Positions 46,986 through 58,600 of a stretch of DNA of 64,000 nt are shown one piece after another. Below the pieces are notes generated by a model that did not search any database, was not told where the DNA came from, and saw only the letters and a program-made list of their open reading frames with translations. The stretch is from an uncultured Myxococcales bacterium. Its GTDB lineage: Bacteria > Myxococcota > UBA4151. The stretch's first letter is position 1. Every line of letters begins with the position of its first letter. Position numbers and translations under genes: made by a program. Location: NCBI GenBank assembly GCA_964013405.1, contig CAXGWI010000002.1, positions 6,461 through 70,460 of the forward strand, read 5' to 3'.

Positions 46986-49444
46986 GGCGTCTGGTCCACA
47001 TTGTGGGGTGGTTCGCGCACAAAAATCTCCAGTCCGCCGCTTTGTTGCCAGCGGGGTTGGCCAACGTTGGCATTCGATTTGGAGGCGAAGGAGCCGTCGT
47101 CGCTAAATCGAGAACTGGAAATACAAAGGGCCGATTTGGGCCCAACCCAGGTCAGCGGTCGGACGGCAGATTCTAGAGTGTCGCTACAGCTACCGTAACA
47201 GCCGATACAAAGATCGGCGTCGATAGGCTGGGAATTGATCACTTCACCATCCCGGCCCGGCGGCACCCGAAGTTCGAGGACCTTGCGCTTTGCCACCATG
47301 AGCCAGGGCTGGAAGCCTTGATTGGGTAGCGTGCCGGAGACCAGGGTGAGTAGCCCCGCATCCCGGCGCATGAAGCGCCATTTGTTGTTCTGGTTGAATT
47401 CATCGACGTTGGGGCGCCGGAAGATGCCATCGATTCTGCCTTGGTCGTCGACTTGGCTCGTCGGGTCCTCGGCCAGATCCACCGTCTGCCGGGTCCGAGT
47501 TCCTGGTTCGAAGACGCCGCCGTTGATGTAGACGACAAATTCCGGGACGCCAGAGCCAGAGTCTTCGGTCTCTTGAAAGAATTTGATGAGGGCGTCACCG
47601 GAGCGCTGGTTCAGCGGACGAAGGCCCGAGCAGGTTTCAAAGAAGTGCCTTGGAACATTGCCGTCGGCCCGCACCTTGGCGCATTCCGTCCAGCCACCGG
47701 TCCGGCCCCCGGCCGTCACGTCGAAGTCGCAGTAGACTTGGCGAGTTCGCAGGATATAGCGATCCTGATTGCCCCGGGCCGGTACGAGTCGACGGGTATT
47801 GATGTAATAGAAACCGCTCTCAAGGGCATCGTCGTAGACTTGTTGTAGCGCCAGGCAGCTCGGCGCGGCCTTCGCCTCGGTGGACCCATCGGGATAGGCC
47901 CTGCATACGGCGTTACCATCGGCATCATCGAACTGGGAACAGGGCGTCAGGTCCTGACGTGCTTCGACCGCGTCGTCCCCATCCCCCCGATTCGGTTCTA
48001 GGTAGGTGCCGTTATTGGGTCCATCATCGCAAGGCTCGTAACCCGGTTGGCCAGCGGCAAGGTCGAGACGAGTGATCCCATCACCACATTGAGCGGGGCT
48101 GCATTCGTTGGTGCAGGCATCTTCGTCGGTGTCGTTGCCATCATCACAGGCTTCATGGTTGGGATCATCTTCGTTGAGGATGTCGCGACGAACGACCCCA
48201 TCGCCACAACTGGCGAGCACGCAATTGTTCAGGCAAGCGTCGGCGTCGTTCCCGTCGCCATCATCACAACTTTCGGCACCCTCCTCGCCGATCGCGATGT
48301 CTGTTCTGACAAGACCATCGCCGCAGCGGGCAGCGAGGCAAACACCACAGCGCCCGTCCGCATCGTCGCGACATGCATCGGGCAAGCAGATACAACGGTC
48401 GCTGCTGTCGAGGTTGCCATCGTCGCAGGCTTCAAAGCCCACGTTGATGCAGCGACCCATGTCGCCAGCCGTGATCACGCAGACCTCGTTTTCGCCGCAG
48501 CTTTCTGTCGTTCGGCAGGGAGCTTCCGAGCCGATGGTGATATCATATCGCTGTTGTCCATCCCCAGCCGTATTGAGCCGACAGGTTGCGAGGCACCCAT
48601 CCTCGTTGGATTCGTTGCCATCGTCGCAGGCCTCGCCGTTCACATCATCTTCGGGGAGGTCACGCCGCTGGATGCCATCACCACAGCGGGCTCGACGGCA
48701 ATCGATGCATGCGTCATCCTCGACCCCATTGGAGTCATCGCATTCTTCCACGCCCGTGCGCGGGATCCCGTCACCACAACGAGCGACGATGCACTCATTC
48801 GTGCAACTGTCATTGTCACTGTCGTTGCCGTCATCGCACCGCTCTTCGACGGCATAGATGACCCCGTCGCCGCAGGCGGCCGGGATACAACTGTTGCGGC
48901 ACGCGTCCGATTCGACCGTATTGCCATCGTCGCACTGTTCGACGCCGGTCCAAACGACTCCATCACCGCAACTGGCCTCGTCACAGTTGTTGAGGCACTC
49001 ATCTTGGTCATCATCGTTGCCGTCATCACATGCTTCGCCGTCTTGTCGGTGCCCATCGCCACATTGGGCGACCTGACAGACGGTCGTGCAGTTGTCGTCG
49101 TTGTCGTCGTTGCCATCGTCGCAGTCTTCGACGCCGGTCCAAACGACGCCATCACCACATCGGGCCGTGGTGCAGCTGTTGGTACAAGCATCCGTTGAGA
49201 CCTGATTGTTGTCGTCACACTCTTCACTGTCTGTTCGCAGGAAGCCATCGCCACAGCGAGCTTCTTGGCAGGTGGCGAGGCAGGCATCGAATTCGTTGTT
49301 GTTGCCATCATCGCAGGGCTCCCCGGGCTCAACGATGCCATTGCCGCAGACGGCGACGCCCTCCGTCGGGGTCGTGTCTACGAGGGTCGGCAGCGGACTG
49401 GTACAGCCCGTGGTCACAAAAAGCAGGAGTCCCCATCGCTTCAT
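46982..49444 (-). CDS. Lipoprotein with ~12 Cys-rich repeats and a fibrinogen-C-like tip
   Basis: Lipobox VTTGC. SCLALQQ...SGFYYIN...QVYCDFD...GGWT matches the start of fibrinogen-related domains. Confidence 0.8.
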
Positions 49445-50508
49445 GCGACGGCCTCCTGATGGGCCAAAGTCTGGAAGGCCTGGATGCTCTGCTCCAGGTC
49501 CCCATCGTCGACGTCCCGGTGGGTCACCGCCCGATAACGCCCATGCCCGCCGGTGATCAGAACTCCCTGCTTTTGGAGGGCGACCACGAACGCGTTTTCA
49601 CCGGCCTCGTTGTGGTGATCGAGGGGATGGTCTGGGGCAAGGTCGAAGTAAACCAAGTTGGTTTGGACGCCGTCGAGGTCGACCTGCAGTCCCGGGATCT
49701 CGGCGATGGCCTCGGCCAATCGACGGGCCCGCTTGTGGTCTTTCGCTAAGCCATCCACGTGATGGTCGAGTGCGTAGATGCCGGCGGCGGCGACGACGCC
49801 GGCTTGACGCATGCCACCGCCATACATCTTGCGGAAGCGGTAGGCTCTTTGAATCAAGGCATTGGAGCCAGCGAGGACGCTCCCTAAGGGGGCGCCGAGC
49901 CCCTTGGAAAGGCAGATGGACACCGTGGTAAAAGGCGCTGCGAGTTCCGCGGCAGACCGCTCCGAGGCAACAGCGGCATTCATCAAGCGGGCCCCATCGA
50001 GATGCATCGGAATCCCCCGGGCCTGAGCGAGGGCTGCCACCTTGAGGACATGGGCTTGGTCGAGCACCCGGCCGCCGCGGGCATTGTGGGTGTTCTCCAT
50101 GCAGATCAGTCGGGTGTTGGCGAAATGGGGGTCATCGGTTTGGTGAATCTCTGACGCCAAGGCCGCGAGTGGAAGGTGCCCGGTGGCCGAATCGAGGGTT
50201 CGGATGGTGAGGCCCGCGAGGGCGGCGGCCCCGCCACTTTCGTAGTTGTAGATGTGGCAGCCCCGGTGGGCGATGATCTCATCGCCGGCCTGGGTGTGGG
50301 CCCTGAGGGCTAGTTGATTCGCCATCGTGCCCGTCGGAACGTACAATGCCGCCTCTTTTTTGAGCAAGGCTGCGACCTGCTCCTGCAAGCGGATCACGGT
50401 GGGATCGTCACCGAACACATCATCGCCAAGGGGGGCGGCCATCATGGCGTCACGCATCCCCGGCGACGGTTGGGTCACGGTATCACTGCGTAGGTCGATC
50501 GGCTTCAC
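49441..50508 (-). CDS. ltaE: Low-specificity L-threonine aldolase
   Basis: [34 protein letters not shown] and CLSKGLGAP (PLP Lys). Confidence 0.95.
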   Translation of the reverse strand: MKPIDLRSDTVTQPSPGMRDAMMAAPLGDDVFGDDPTVIRLQEQVAALLKKEAALYVPTGTMANQLALRAHTQAGDEIIAHRGCHIYNYESGGAAALAGLTIRTLDSATGHLPLAALASEIHQTDDPHFANTRLICMENTHNARGGRVLDQAHVLKVAALAQARGIPMHLDGARLMNAAVASERSAAELAAPFTTVSICLSKGLGAPLGSVLAGSNALIQRAYRFRKMYGGGMRQAGVVAAAGIYALDHHVDGLAKDHKRARRLAEAIAEIPGLQVDLDGVQTNLVYFDLAPDHPLDHHNEAGENAFVVALQKQGVLITGGHGRYRAVTHRDVDDGDLEQSIQAFQTLAHQEAVA

Positions 50509-50630
50509 GGTCCTCGCTCCATCCTATCCTGAACTCAGTGTGGCGCTTCAGGCGTAGCCTGGCAATGGCCTGCTGGCTTTGCGGCCCCGGAAAAACCGGG
50601 TAACCTGCTCGGGCTTAGGGGAGTCATACC

Positions 50631-51674
50631 ATGCGAAAGTGGGTTGTTTTGTTCGCTGTGCCCGTGATGGGCTTCGGTTGTGGTCCTGCAATGGACGCCG
50701 AGAATATCAGTCTCGGTGACGATGTGGATTGGGGGGCTCGGAACGCAGCCTGGGAGGTTGACGCCTGTGCGGACTTTCAGGGGGATGGCACGAACCTGCA
50801 GGAAGCCTGCTCTTCTGATGATTCCTGGTCCATGGAGGACAAGAACGTCCATAGTCCGACGGTAGGGCAACAGCTTCGCCCGGACACCTTGGGTAAGGTC
50901 AGTCTCTGGGCGTACTACTGGGCGAACTGCGGGACTTGCGTTCAACAACTGGCCTTCTTGCAGGTTCTGAAAGATGAACTCACCAGTCAGGGCTACGACG
51001 TGGAGATCGTCGGGGTGGCCTACCGCAGCGCGGACATCGGTCAACTCGGTGCCTCGCCCCGAGCAGCCAGTGGTGCTTGCCAGGGCGCACGGTCCGGTTA
51101 CGCTTCCTGTGTTCAGGGCGAAAATGACATGATTAAACTGACCATTCCGGTGGTTTTGGATCCAGGCAGGGTGTCTGAAATGCATGCTGTGAATCGGGGC
51201 GACTGGTTTGTGTATCGCCCCGACGGCAGGCTTCACAAATACATCAGCAGCGAGCACACCGATGAGATGTTCGCCAATCCGGACGGTTCGTTTAATGGGC
51301 ACCTGACCATGCAGGAGAATTGGAATTACCTCATCGACCAACTGAAAACGGCAGCGATGGCACCTTATGGTGGCAAGGAACCCTGCTCAGCCCAACACGA
51401 ATGCGGCGATCCCGATCAGTGGTGCCAGTTCCCCGATGGGCAGTGCGGTGGCCAAGGTGCCTGTGTGACGACCCTGCTCCCGGCGCGGGCCAATCAGAGT
51501 GTCGGTTCAGTGAGCTCGATCTGTGGCACCGATGTGACACCCCAGTGGGTTTGCAGTTGTGACGGCTACAGCTATCGGTCCCGGTGCCTCGCCGAGGCCT
51601 ACCGCCAGACAGGCAGCGATGCGACAACTCAGTCCGGTAACATTTCTCACCTCGGAAAGTGTGAAGGCGATTGA
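50631..51674 (+). CDS. Lipoprotein with a thioredoxin-like CxxC domain and a C-terminal Kazal-like Cys module
   Basis: Lipobox GFGC. SLWAYYWANCGTCVQQL...VEIVGV...WFVYRPDG (Trx-like), then VCSCDGYSYRSRC. Confidence 0.72.
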   Translation: MRKWVVLFAVPVMGFGCGPAMDAENISLGDDVDWGARNAAWEVDACADFQGDGTNLQEACSSDDSWSMEDKNVHSPTVGQQLRPDTLGKVSLWAYYWANCGTCVQQLAFLQVLKDELTSQGYDVEIVGVAYRSADIGQLGASPRAASGACQGARSGYASCVQGENDMIKLTIPVVLDPGRVSEMHAVNRGDWFVYRPDGRLHKYISSEHTDEMFANPDGSFNGHLTMQENWNYLIDQLKTAAMAPYGGKEPCSAQHECGDPDQWCQFPDGQCGGQGACVTTLLPARANQSVGSVSSICGTDVTPQWVCSCDGYSYRSRCLAEAYRQTGSDATTQSGNISHLGKCEGD

Positions 51675-52147
51675 ATTATAAACTAATGGTGTGCGCCCTC
51701 GTCGTTGGCCTGACAGCCTGCGCCGGTTGGGATGAGTCGAAACAGATGAAAGACCTCTCGGACGACGAGAAACAGGCTATCTGTTCTTTTCAATACGCGG
51801 CTCTTGGCGGTGCGCCGACGAATGCGATCTGCACGGCTGTGGAGGATGGTCAGCAAGCGCCTGTTCTCATCAGCCAGGGGGAAGCAGCCGATGCTGAAGC
51901 CGAATGCTTGGCCGACGACTCTGGAACCCGTTGGGTGGATTGCCGCACTGCCGATTACGTGGCCTGTTTGAATGCCGTCGACGAAGCGGGGGATCTGTGT
52001 GCGACTCAAACCGCGGCCGCGTGCACGGCCTGGGCCGACTGTGTTGCCAATGCCCGTTCCGGTGGTCGCAGCGGTGGTTGTGAGGTCGATCGGGATTGCG
52101 ACCGCGGTCAAATTTGTTCCGACGCACGCTGTGTCGCCGAAGAGTAG
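51671..52147 (+). CDS. Small Cys-rich lipoprotein
   Basis: TTG start overlapping the upstream stop. Lipobox LTAC. Ends in CEVDRDCDRGQICSDARC. Confidence 0.7.
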   Translation: MNYKLMVCALVVGLTACAGWDESKQMKDLSDDEKQAICSFQYAALGGAPTNAICTAVEDGQQAPVLISQGEAADAEAECLADDSGTRWVDCRTADYVACLNAVDEAGDLCATQTAAACTAWADCVANARSGGRSGGCEVDRDCDRGQICSDARCVAEE

Positions 52148-52157
52148 AGGCCCTCAG

Positions 52158-54407
52158 TTAAGGGGCCGAGTCCAGAGACTGGCGTAGCTGGCTCTGAAGG
52201 GCTTTGGGGTCGGCACCGCCCCGGGCAGCTCGCATGCAGGCGCCCATAAAGAAGCCAAAGAGTTGCTTTTCGCCGCTTCGGTAACGGTCCCGTTCCGCGG
52301 GGTGTTGGTCGATGACTTCACCGATTAATGCCTCAAGGTCGAGGCTGGTCTGTTCGGCCAGTCCGAGGGCTTTAGCGGCGGCCTTGGGCCCGCAGTTTTC
52401 CTTGAGCATGGTCTCGAGCACAACACTGCGTTGGTTTCGTTGTAGACCCTTCTGATCTTCCATTTCCAGGAGCTCGGTGATCTGCTGAATCGGGGGGCGC
52501 TGGTCTCCGGATAGGTCGTTCAGGATGAGGCTGGCGAGGGGCCGAGGGGCCGCACCGGCGTTCAGGCCGCTTTGGAAGTAAGCGTCTGTCGCTTCGTCTC
52601 GGGTCAGCCGCTCGGCATCCTGCAAGGGCAGGCCCAAGCGTTCCTGCAATTCGGTCATGCGAGTTTGCAGGGCTTCACTTCGCTCAGCGGGCTGGACCCG
52701 GGTCTGCGAGCTTGAGGCTGGCTTTGCTTGCGCTTTAGGCTGGGCCGGCTGGGGGGTTGTTTGTTTCTTCGTCCAGCCGTCTCTTAATTCAACGATCCGG
52801 ACGAAGATCGGCTGACCGGACGGGCTGGTTTGCTCGTCCTTCATGAAATAGCCTTGGCGCTCGAACTGGAAGCGGGTCCCTGGATCAGAGGCCCCAAGCC
52901 AGGGCTCCATGCGTGCCCCTTCGATGGTGCGCAGACTGTCTGGATTCAGCTCATCCAGCCAATCAACGCCATCGGTCGTGCCGGGTTGCGGACTGCGGAA
53001 GAGTCGGTCCACCAAGTGCAGCTCCACTGGCAGACTGTGGGGCGTACTCAACCAGTGAATCGTCCCCTTGGGTCTGGCCTCATCATCGCTCAGGAGGCTG
53101 CAATCGAGGCCAGAAACCTCACCGTCTTCGGACCGTCTCACTTGGTCGCAGCGGATCACGCCTCCGTGGCGAAGCCGCACAACGCCGCCCGGCGTGAGTC
53201 GCTTAAAGCCTTTCGGTGGGGTTTCTTCGAAGTCGGAGCGATCGATCAGAAGTTCCCGACTGAGCGGAAGGGGCCGCGTGCCCTCTCGGGGGACATCGTG
53301 GGGCCAGAGGTCCGCGTCAAGCCACCGGACTTCGTCTTCGGGAAGATTCGTCAGCGTCACCGGGAGCGGATCCTGGACGACCAAGACCCGAGCTGCTTCA
53401 TGATTTAACGTCTCACGGATATGAAAATCCAACAGGGCCGGACTGGTGAGCGCGTTCGACTTCGTCACACCTACATCCAGACAGAAACGTTGAATCGCCT
53501 CAGGGGGCACCCCGCGACGCCGTAGACCGGCCAAAGTCGGCATGCGGGGGTCGTCCCAGCCGCTGACTTCTCCTTGTTCGACCAACTGTAAAAGCCAGCG
53601 CTTGCTCATCACCGTATGGCTCAGATCCAGTCGGCTCATCTCGTACTGGTGGGGGCGATAGGGCACGGGAAGGTTGTCGAGGAACCAGTCATAAAGGGCC
53701 CGGTTGTTGTCGAACTCAAGAGTGCAGACGCTGTGCGTGATGCCCTCAATCGCGTCCTCAAGGCAGTGCGCGTAGTCGTACATGGGGTAGATGCACCAGG
53801 CATCGCCCGTGCGGTGGTGAGGGGCTTTACGGATGCGGTAGATCAGGGGATCTCGCATGAGGATATTCGGGTGGGCCATATCGATTTTTGCCCGCAGCAC
53901 CATGGCGCCGTCCTCGAAATCGCCAGCTCGCATGGCTTCAAGGAGCCGGCGACTTTCGGCCCCAGGGCGGTCTCGATAGGGACTCGGTGTGCCTGGCTCC
54001 TGCGCACTGCCTCGGTTGGCGCGGATCGCTTCCACATCTTGCTCATCCACATAGGCTTTCCCCGCATCGATCAGATGCAAGGCCCAGGCATAAAACTGCT
54101 CGAAGTAGTCGGAGGCGAAACGGACCTCGCCATCCCAGGTAAAGCCAAGCCATCGAATGTCCGCCTGAATGGACTCAACGTACTCCGTGTCTTCTGTGGT
54201 CGGGTTGGTGTCATCGAAGCGGAGATTGCATTTGCCGCCGTATTGGGCGGCCAGACCAAAGTTCAAGCAGATGGACTTCGCGTGGCCGATATGGAGGTAG
54301 CCGTTGGGTTCCGGAGGAAACCGCGTGTGCACCCTTCCCCCGTGCTTGTCGGCAGCTAGATCCCCATCGATGATCTCGGTGACGAAGTTTTTAAGGCGGT
54401 CGCTCAC
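52158..54407 (-). CDS. glnS: Glutamine-tRNA ligase with a C-terminal YqeY-like domain
   Basis: TRFPPEPNGYLHIGH, MSKR, WDDPRMPT and FQFERQGYF. C-terminal RYRSGEKQLFGFFMG..M...GGADPK. Confidence 0.96.
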   Translation of the reverse strand: MSDRLKNFVTEIIDGDLAADKHGGRVHTRFPPEPNGYLHIGHAKSICLNFGLAAQYGGKCNLRFDDTNPTTEDTEYVESIQADIRWLGFTWDGEVRFASDYFEQFYAWALHLIDAGKAYVDEQDVEAIRANRGSAQEPGTPSPYRDRPGAESRRLLEAMRAGDFEDGAMVLRAKIDMAHPNILMRDPLIYRIRKAPHHRTGDAWCIYPMYDYAHCLEDAIEGITHSVCTLEFDNNRALYDWFLDNLPVPYRPHQYEMSRLDLSHTVMSKRWLLQLVEQGEVSGWDDPRMPTLAGLRRRGVPPEAIQRFCLDVGVTKSNALTSPALLDFHIRETLNHEAARVLVVQDPLPVTLTNLPEDEVRWLDADLWPHDVPREGTRPLPLSRELLIDRSDFEETPPKGFKRLTPGGVVRLRHGGVIRCDQVRRSEDGEVSGLDCSLLSDDEARPKGTIHWLSTPHSLPVELHLVDRLFRSPQPGTTDGVDWLDELNPDSLRTIEGARMEPWLGASDPGTRFQFERQGYFMKDEQTSPSGQPIFVRIVELRDGWTKKQTTPQPAQPKAQAKPASSSQTRVQPAERSEALQTRMTELQERLGLPLQDAERLTRDEATDAYFQSGLNAGAAPRPLASLILNDLSGDQRPPIQQITELLEMEDQKGLQRNQRSVVLETMLKENCGPKAAAKALGLAEQTSLDLEALIGEVIDQHPAERDRYRSGEKQLFGFFMGACMRAARGGADPKALQSQLRQSLDSAP

Positions 54408-54462
54408 GGGCTCAACTCCTGGCCTGTCTTAGGGCAGGGAGCCGGGGGTTTCCAGAGCGGAG

Positions 54463-55638
54463 TCATCGTCCTGTGCGCAGGTCTTTGAGATGCTGTTGGG
54501 TCTGGAAAAAGGTCAAAACCTTCGGTGCGATCCGGCGCACGGCCGCAGGATCGGTACGGGCCAAAGCGAAAGCTTCGGCAAATCGCTCGTCGAGGGATAG
54601 GCCCGCATATCGGGTGACAGGTAGGGCGCCGGCCGTTTGCTGTTCAAAACGGGAGCGTACCGGCCCCATATGCCGGTCCGCTTTGGCTTGGGCCCGGGCC
54701 TGGTTGTAGCTGGCGATCCGTTGGGAGACGGATTGGACATGGGCCCGTAAACGCTCGGCATCCTCTTGCCGTAACGTGGGGTCTTTCTGGTCGACCCGAC
54801 GGTTATAAGCGTCGGTGGCGGCGTTTGCTTCGCGGCGCAGGCGCTCAATGATCCGCTCCTCCTTGTCCAGGGCGCAACTGGTCGACTTGTAGGCAGCGTT
54901 TGCGATGGCATGACCGATTTCGTGTAGGAGCCCGTATTCGGCCATCGAGATGGGTGCTTCGGGGTCACCGGTAAAGACACTTGGCCGACCCTCAAAAAGG
55001 GTATCGAAGACGCGGACGTGGCTACGACAACCCTTGGAAACATGAAGGGCTGCGTTGTGGGCTCCTTGTTCACCCACACGGTGGCGAACGAAGGAGAGAT
55101 TGCTGATGAGTCGGCGTTCGCCTTCGGTCAGGCGAGCCAAGGCTGAGTGCAGGAGGGCCCGCTCTTTCGCTGACCATGCTCGGTCCCCGTCGACGGCGAC
55201 CGGTTGCCGGGCACCCGTAAGGTGACGGTGTTGAAACGAATGCCTTTGTCGGGGGTTGTAGATCAGGACGATCCGGTCATCCGGCTCGTGGAGAATCGTG
55301 GCGAAGTGTGGTGGGGATTTCGGCCGGGATCGGGGGATGACGAGATCGGCCTCACTCCCCCTTTGGTCCCGTTTGAGGGCGATATAGAGTGCGATCAGTC
55401 CAGGTCGCGGCAGGCCGGCCAGGCGCTGGCTGTCGAGGCTGACGACACGGTTCGTGCTCGTGGTGCGCCAGTATAGTCTCTGGCCCGCCTTCGACTTCTC
55501 GATGGCTGCGAGCAATGTCTTGATGCTTGCGTCCTGGTGCCCTTGGAGTTCGATTTTGGTGCGCTCGTAAAATGGTTCGGCACCCAGTGGTGTGCCCAGG
55601 AGGAGGGCAAACAGACTGGGGATTGAGCACATGGCCAT
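54463..55638 (-). CDS. Secreted protein with a C-terminal HExxH zincin (lethal-factor/PPEP-like) domain split by a coiled coil
   Basis: Signal peptide, LLHEIGH, then TRYAGLSLDERFAEAF. Confidence 0.65.
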   Translation of the reverse strand: MAMCSIPSLFALLLGTPLGAEPFYERTKIELQGHQDASIKTLLAAIEKSKAGQRLYWRTTSTNRVVSLDSQRLAGLPRPGLIALYIALKRDQRGSEADLVIPRSRPKSPPHFATILHEPDDRIVLIYNPRQRHSFQHRHLTGARQPVAVDGDRAWSAKERALLHSALARLTEGERRLISNLSFVRHRVGEQGAHNAALHVSKGCRSHVRVFDTLFEGRPSVFTGDPEAPISMAEYGLLHEIGHAIANAAYKSTSCALDKEERIIERLRREANAATDAYNRRVDQKDPTLRQEDAERLRAHVQSVSQRIASYNQARAQAKADRHMGPVRSRFEQQTAGALPVTRYAGLSLDERFAEAFALARTDPAAVRRIAPKVLTFFQTQQHLKDLRTGR

Positions 55639-55661
55639 GGTGGGAGCATCCCGATCTGCGA

Positions 55662-58600
55662 TTAGGCCTCGAGGGGTTCTAGGGGCGCTTCGGCGGGGCT
55701 TGTCTCATCGGTGGCCCCCTGACCAAGCATGGCCTTTATATCTTCGATGACGAGGTAACAGCAGGGCACGATCGTCAGGATGAAAATGGTTGCGAAAGCG
55801 ACGCCAAAGGCGAGACTCACGGCCATCGGGATCAAGAACCGAGCCTGAAGGCTGGTTTCAGTGATCATTGGCGCCAGCCCGAAGAAGGTGGTGAGGCTGG
55901 TCAAAAGGATCGGCCGGAATCGGCGCACCGCACCGACCGTTGCCGCGTGGCCAAGGGTATGCCCCTCTTTTCGATAGTCATTGATAAAGGCGACCAGGAC
56001 CAGTGAGTCATTCACCACCACACCGGTCACCGCCAACAGGCCCATCATGGAGAGGATGGTGAGGGGCATGCCAAGGAGTGCATGACCCCAGACCGCACCG
56101 AGGATACCGAAGGGAATGGCGCTCATCACCGCGAAGGGTTGGAAGTAGGACTTAAAGGGAATCGCCACCAAGACATAGATGCACAACAGCGCAAAGAGAA
56201 AGCCGGTAAAGAGGGACGACATCGACTCATTGTGCTCCTTGCGTTCCCCACCAAAGCGATAGTTGAGGCCAGGGACATCGGCGAGGATGGCCGGAAGAAT
56301 CTTTTCACGCAGGGCCTTGTTCACCGTTTGGGGGTCTGTCAGCGCGTCATCGACCTTGGCTTCGACGGTGAGGGTCCGCTTGCTGTCGACCCGTCGAACG
56401 GCTTTCGCCGAGCCGGCCATGGTGATCTCCGCCGCGTCCCCTAGACGCATCTCACCGCCGGTCGGCGTGCGGATCATCAGGGCTTCGAGATCAGCGAGAT
56501 GACTGCGTTGCTCCCGTGGCAACGTCACCATCACTCGGACTTCATCTCGCCCAACTTGTTGGCGTTGGGCCTCCATGCCAAAGAAGGCGCCTCGGACCTG
56601 CATGGCTAAATCCCGCTCGGTAAGGCCTAGAGAACGGGCGCCAGGCTTCAAGGAGATATTGAGCTCGGGTTTGCCCACATCGCGGCCATCTTCGATATCG
56701 ACCACACCGGCCAGGCCTTTGAGTTCGGTTGCGAGAAGATCGCTCGCTCGCTCTAATTCACCGCGGTCCGTATGGGCAAACTCAACGGAGATGGCGGCGC
56801 CGAACTGGGGGCCGATATTGCTGCGGAAGTCGATCACATTGAGGCCGGCGGGCTCACCGATCGAGGCTCGCCAGCGGGCCTCGAACTCTTTCATTGAGAA
56901 GCTGCGGGCTTCACCGGGGACAAACTTCAGTCGGGCCGAGGCGAGGTGGGCGGCTGCGGAAGAGATATCCACGCCGGGACGCTCTCGTAAACTCGAGCCC
57001 ATGCGCGCATACACGCCGATCAATGGGCTTTTCGGAGGGCAGTCGGGACCATCGCAGGCCGCTGTATTTTGCCAAAGGGGGTCCTCAGCCTGTAGTTCTG
57101 CAGCGATCGCCTTCGCCTGGGTCATCACGTGTTCCAGAACCGCTTCTGTTTGTTTCGGTGATACACCCTCGATCATCTCGATGTTCGCATCGATGCGATC
57201 TGCTTCGATCTCACTAAAGAACTTGAACTTGATATGCCCACCGGCCACCGCAGCGCCGGTTAACACCAGACAACTGATCGCCAAGGCGATGGTGAGGTAG
57301 CGTTGCCGGGTGCACCAGCCGATCAGAGGCTGGAGGAAGTTGGCGAGAAACCATTGCAAGCCGCCGTCCACTTTGCCCTGCACCCAGCGAAAGGGCGCAA
57401 GCCAGGCCCGTTCGGGAAACTCATGACTCAAGTGTGCGGGCAAGATGAACAAAGACTCGACCAGGGACATCGCCAAAACAGCGATCACGACGATGGGAAT
57501 GACGTTCATGAATCGCCCCATCATCCCGCCCATGAAAAGCAGGGGAGCGAACGCTGCCATCGTGGTTAGAATCGAGAATGTGACCGGGTGCCCCACCTGC
57601 CGAGCCCCGACGATGGCAGCTTTCAGTGGTGGGTGGCCTTGTTTCCTTAACTCAAAGATATTTTCTCCGACCACGATGGCGTCATCGACGACCATGCCGA
57701 GGACGAGGATAAAGGCGAAGAGGCTGATCATATTGATCGTACCTCCGGCCGCGGGCAGGATCAGTAAAGAACCGAGGAAGCTAATTGGGATGCCGAGGGT
57801 GACCCAGAAGGCGAGGCGGACTTCGAGAAAGAGACCGAGGACGACGAGGACGAGCACCAGCCCAAGCCAGGCGTTTCGCATCAGCAGATCCAAGCGCTCA
57901 TCAAGCATCTTGGACCAGTCCCGAAGGATATCGAGATTCATGCCCGGCGGCAGCCGGTCGATTAAGGCGCTGCGATAGTCTTTGACCGCACTGGCGACGG
58001 AGCGTGGCGTCTGTTTACCCACCCGCTCGATGTTGAGAATCACGGCCGGTTTACCGTTGTATGTGGAGTAGCTGTCGATCTCCTTAAAGCCTTCCCGAAT
58101 CTCAGCGATATCGCCCAGTCGAAGACGACTACCGTTGACGCCGGAGGTGAGGGTCACATTGGCAAACTCATCTCGGGTAAAGCGCTGCTCTTTGGTCCGA
58201 ATCAAAATGTCACCGCTGCGGGTTTTTAGTGAACCACCGGGCATGTCTAAAGATGCTGAGCGCAGTGCCTGAGCGACCATTGGGAGGGTGAGCCGGTGCT
58301 CTCTCAGGGTTTCTCGGGAGATTTCGACGGTCGTTTGCAGAGGCCGCGTGCCGGAGATTTTGACGTTCGTGACCTCGGAGAGGCCAGTCAGTTCATCCCG
58401 GATCATTTCCGCTCGCTCTCGAAGGCTCTTCTCGCTGGCATCACCCCAAAGCACGAGACTGATCGCCTGGTGGCGAGCTGAGAGGAGACTGACCATGGGT
58501 CTCTCGACGTTCGCTGGAAAGGAGGAGATTCGATCGACCGCTGACTTCACATCGGCAAGGACCCGGTCCTTTGGCGCATTGGCGAGCAACTCGAGCACGG

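Noticed and set aside
50631-51000. Possible selenocysteine in the thioredoxin-like motif
   Set aside because: Both positions are Cys codons and there is no in-frame TGA.
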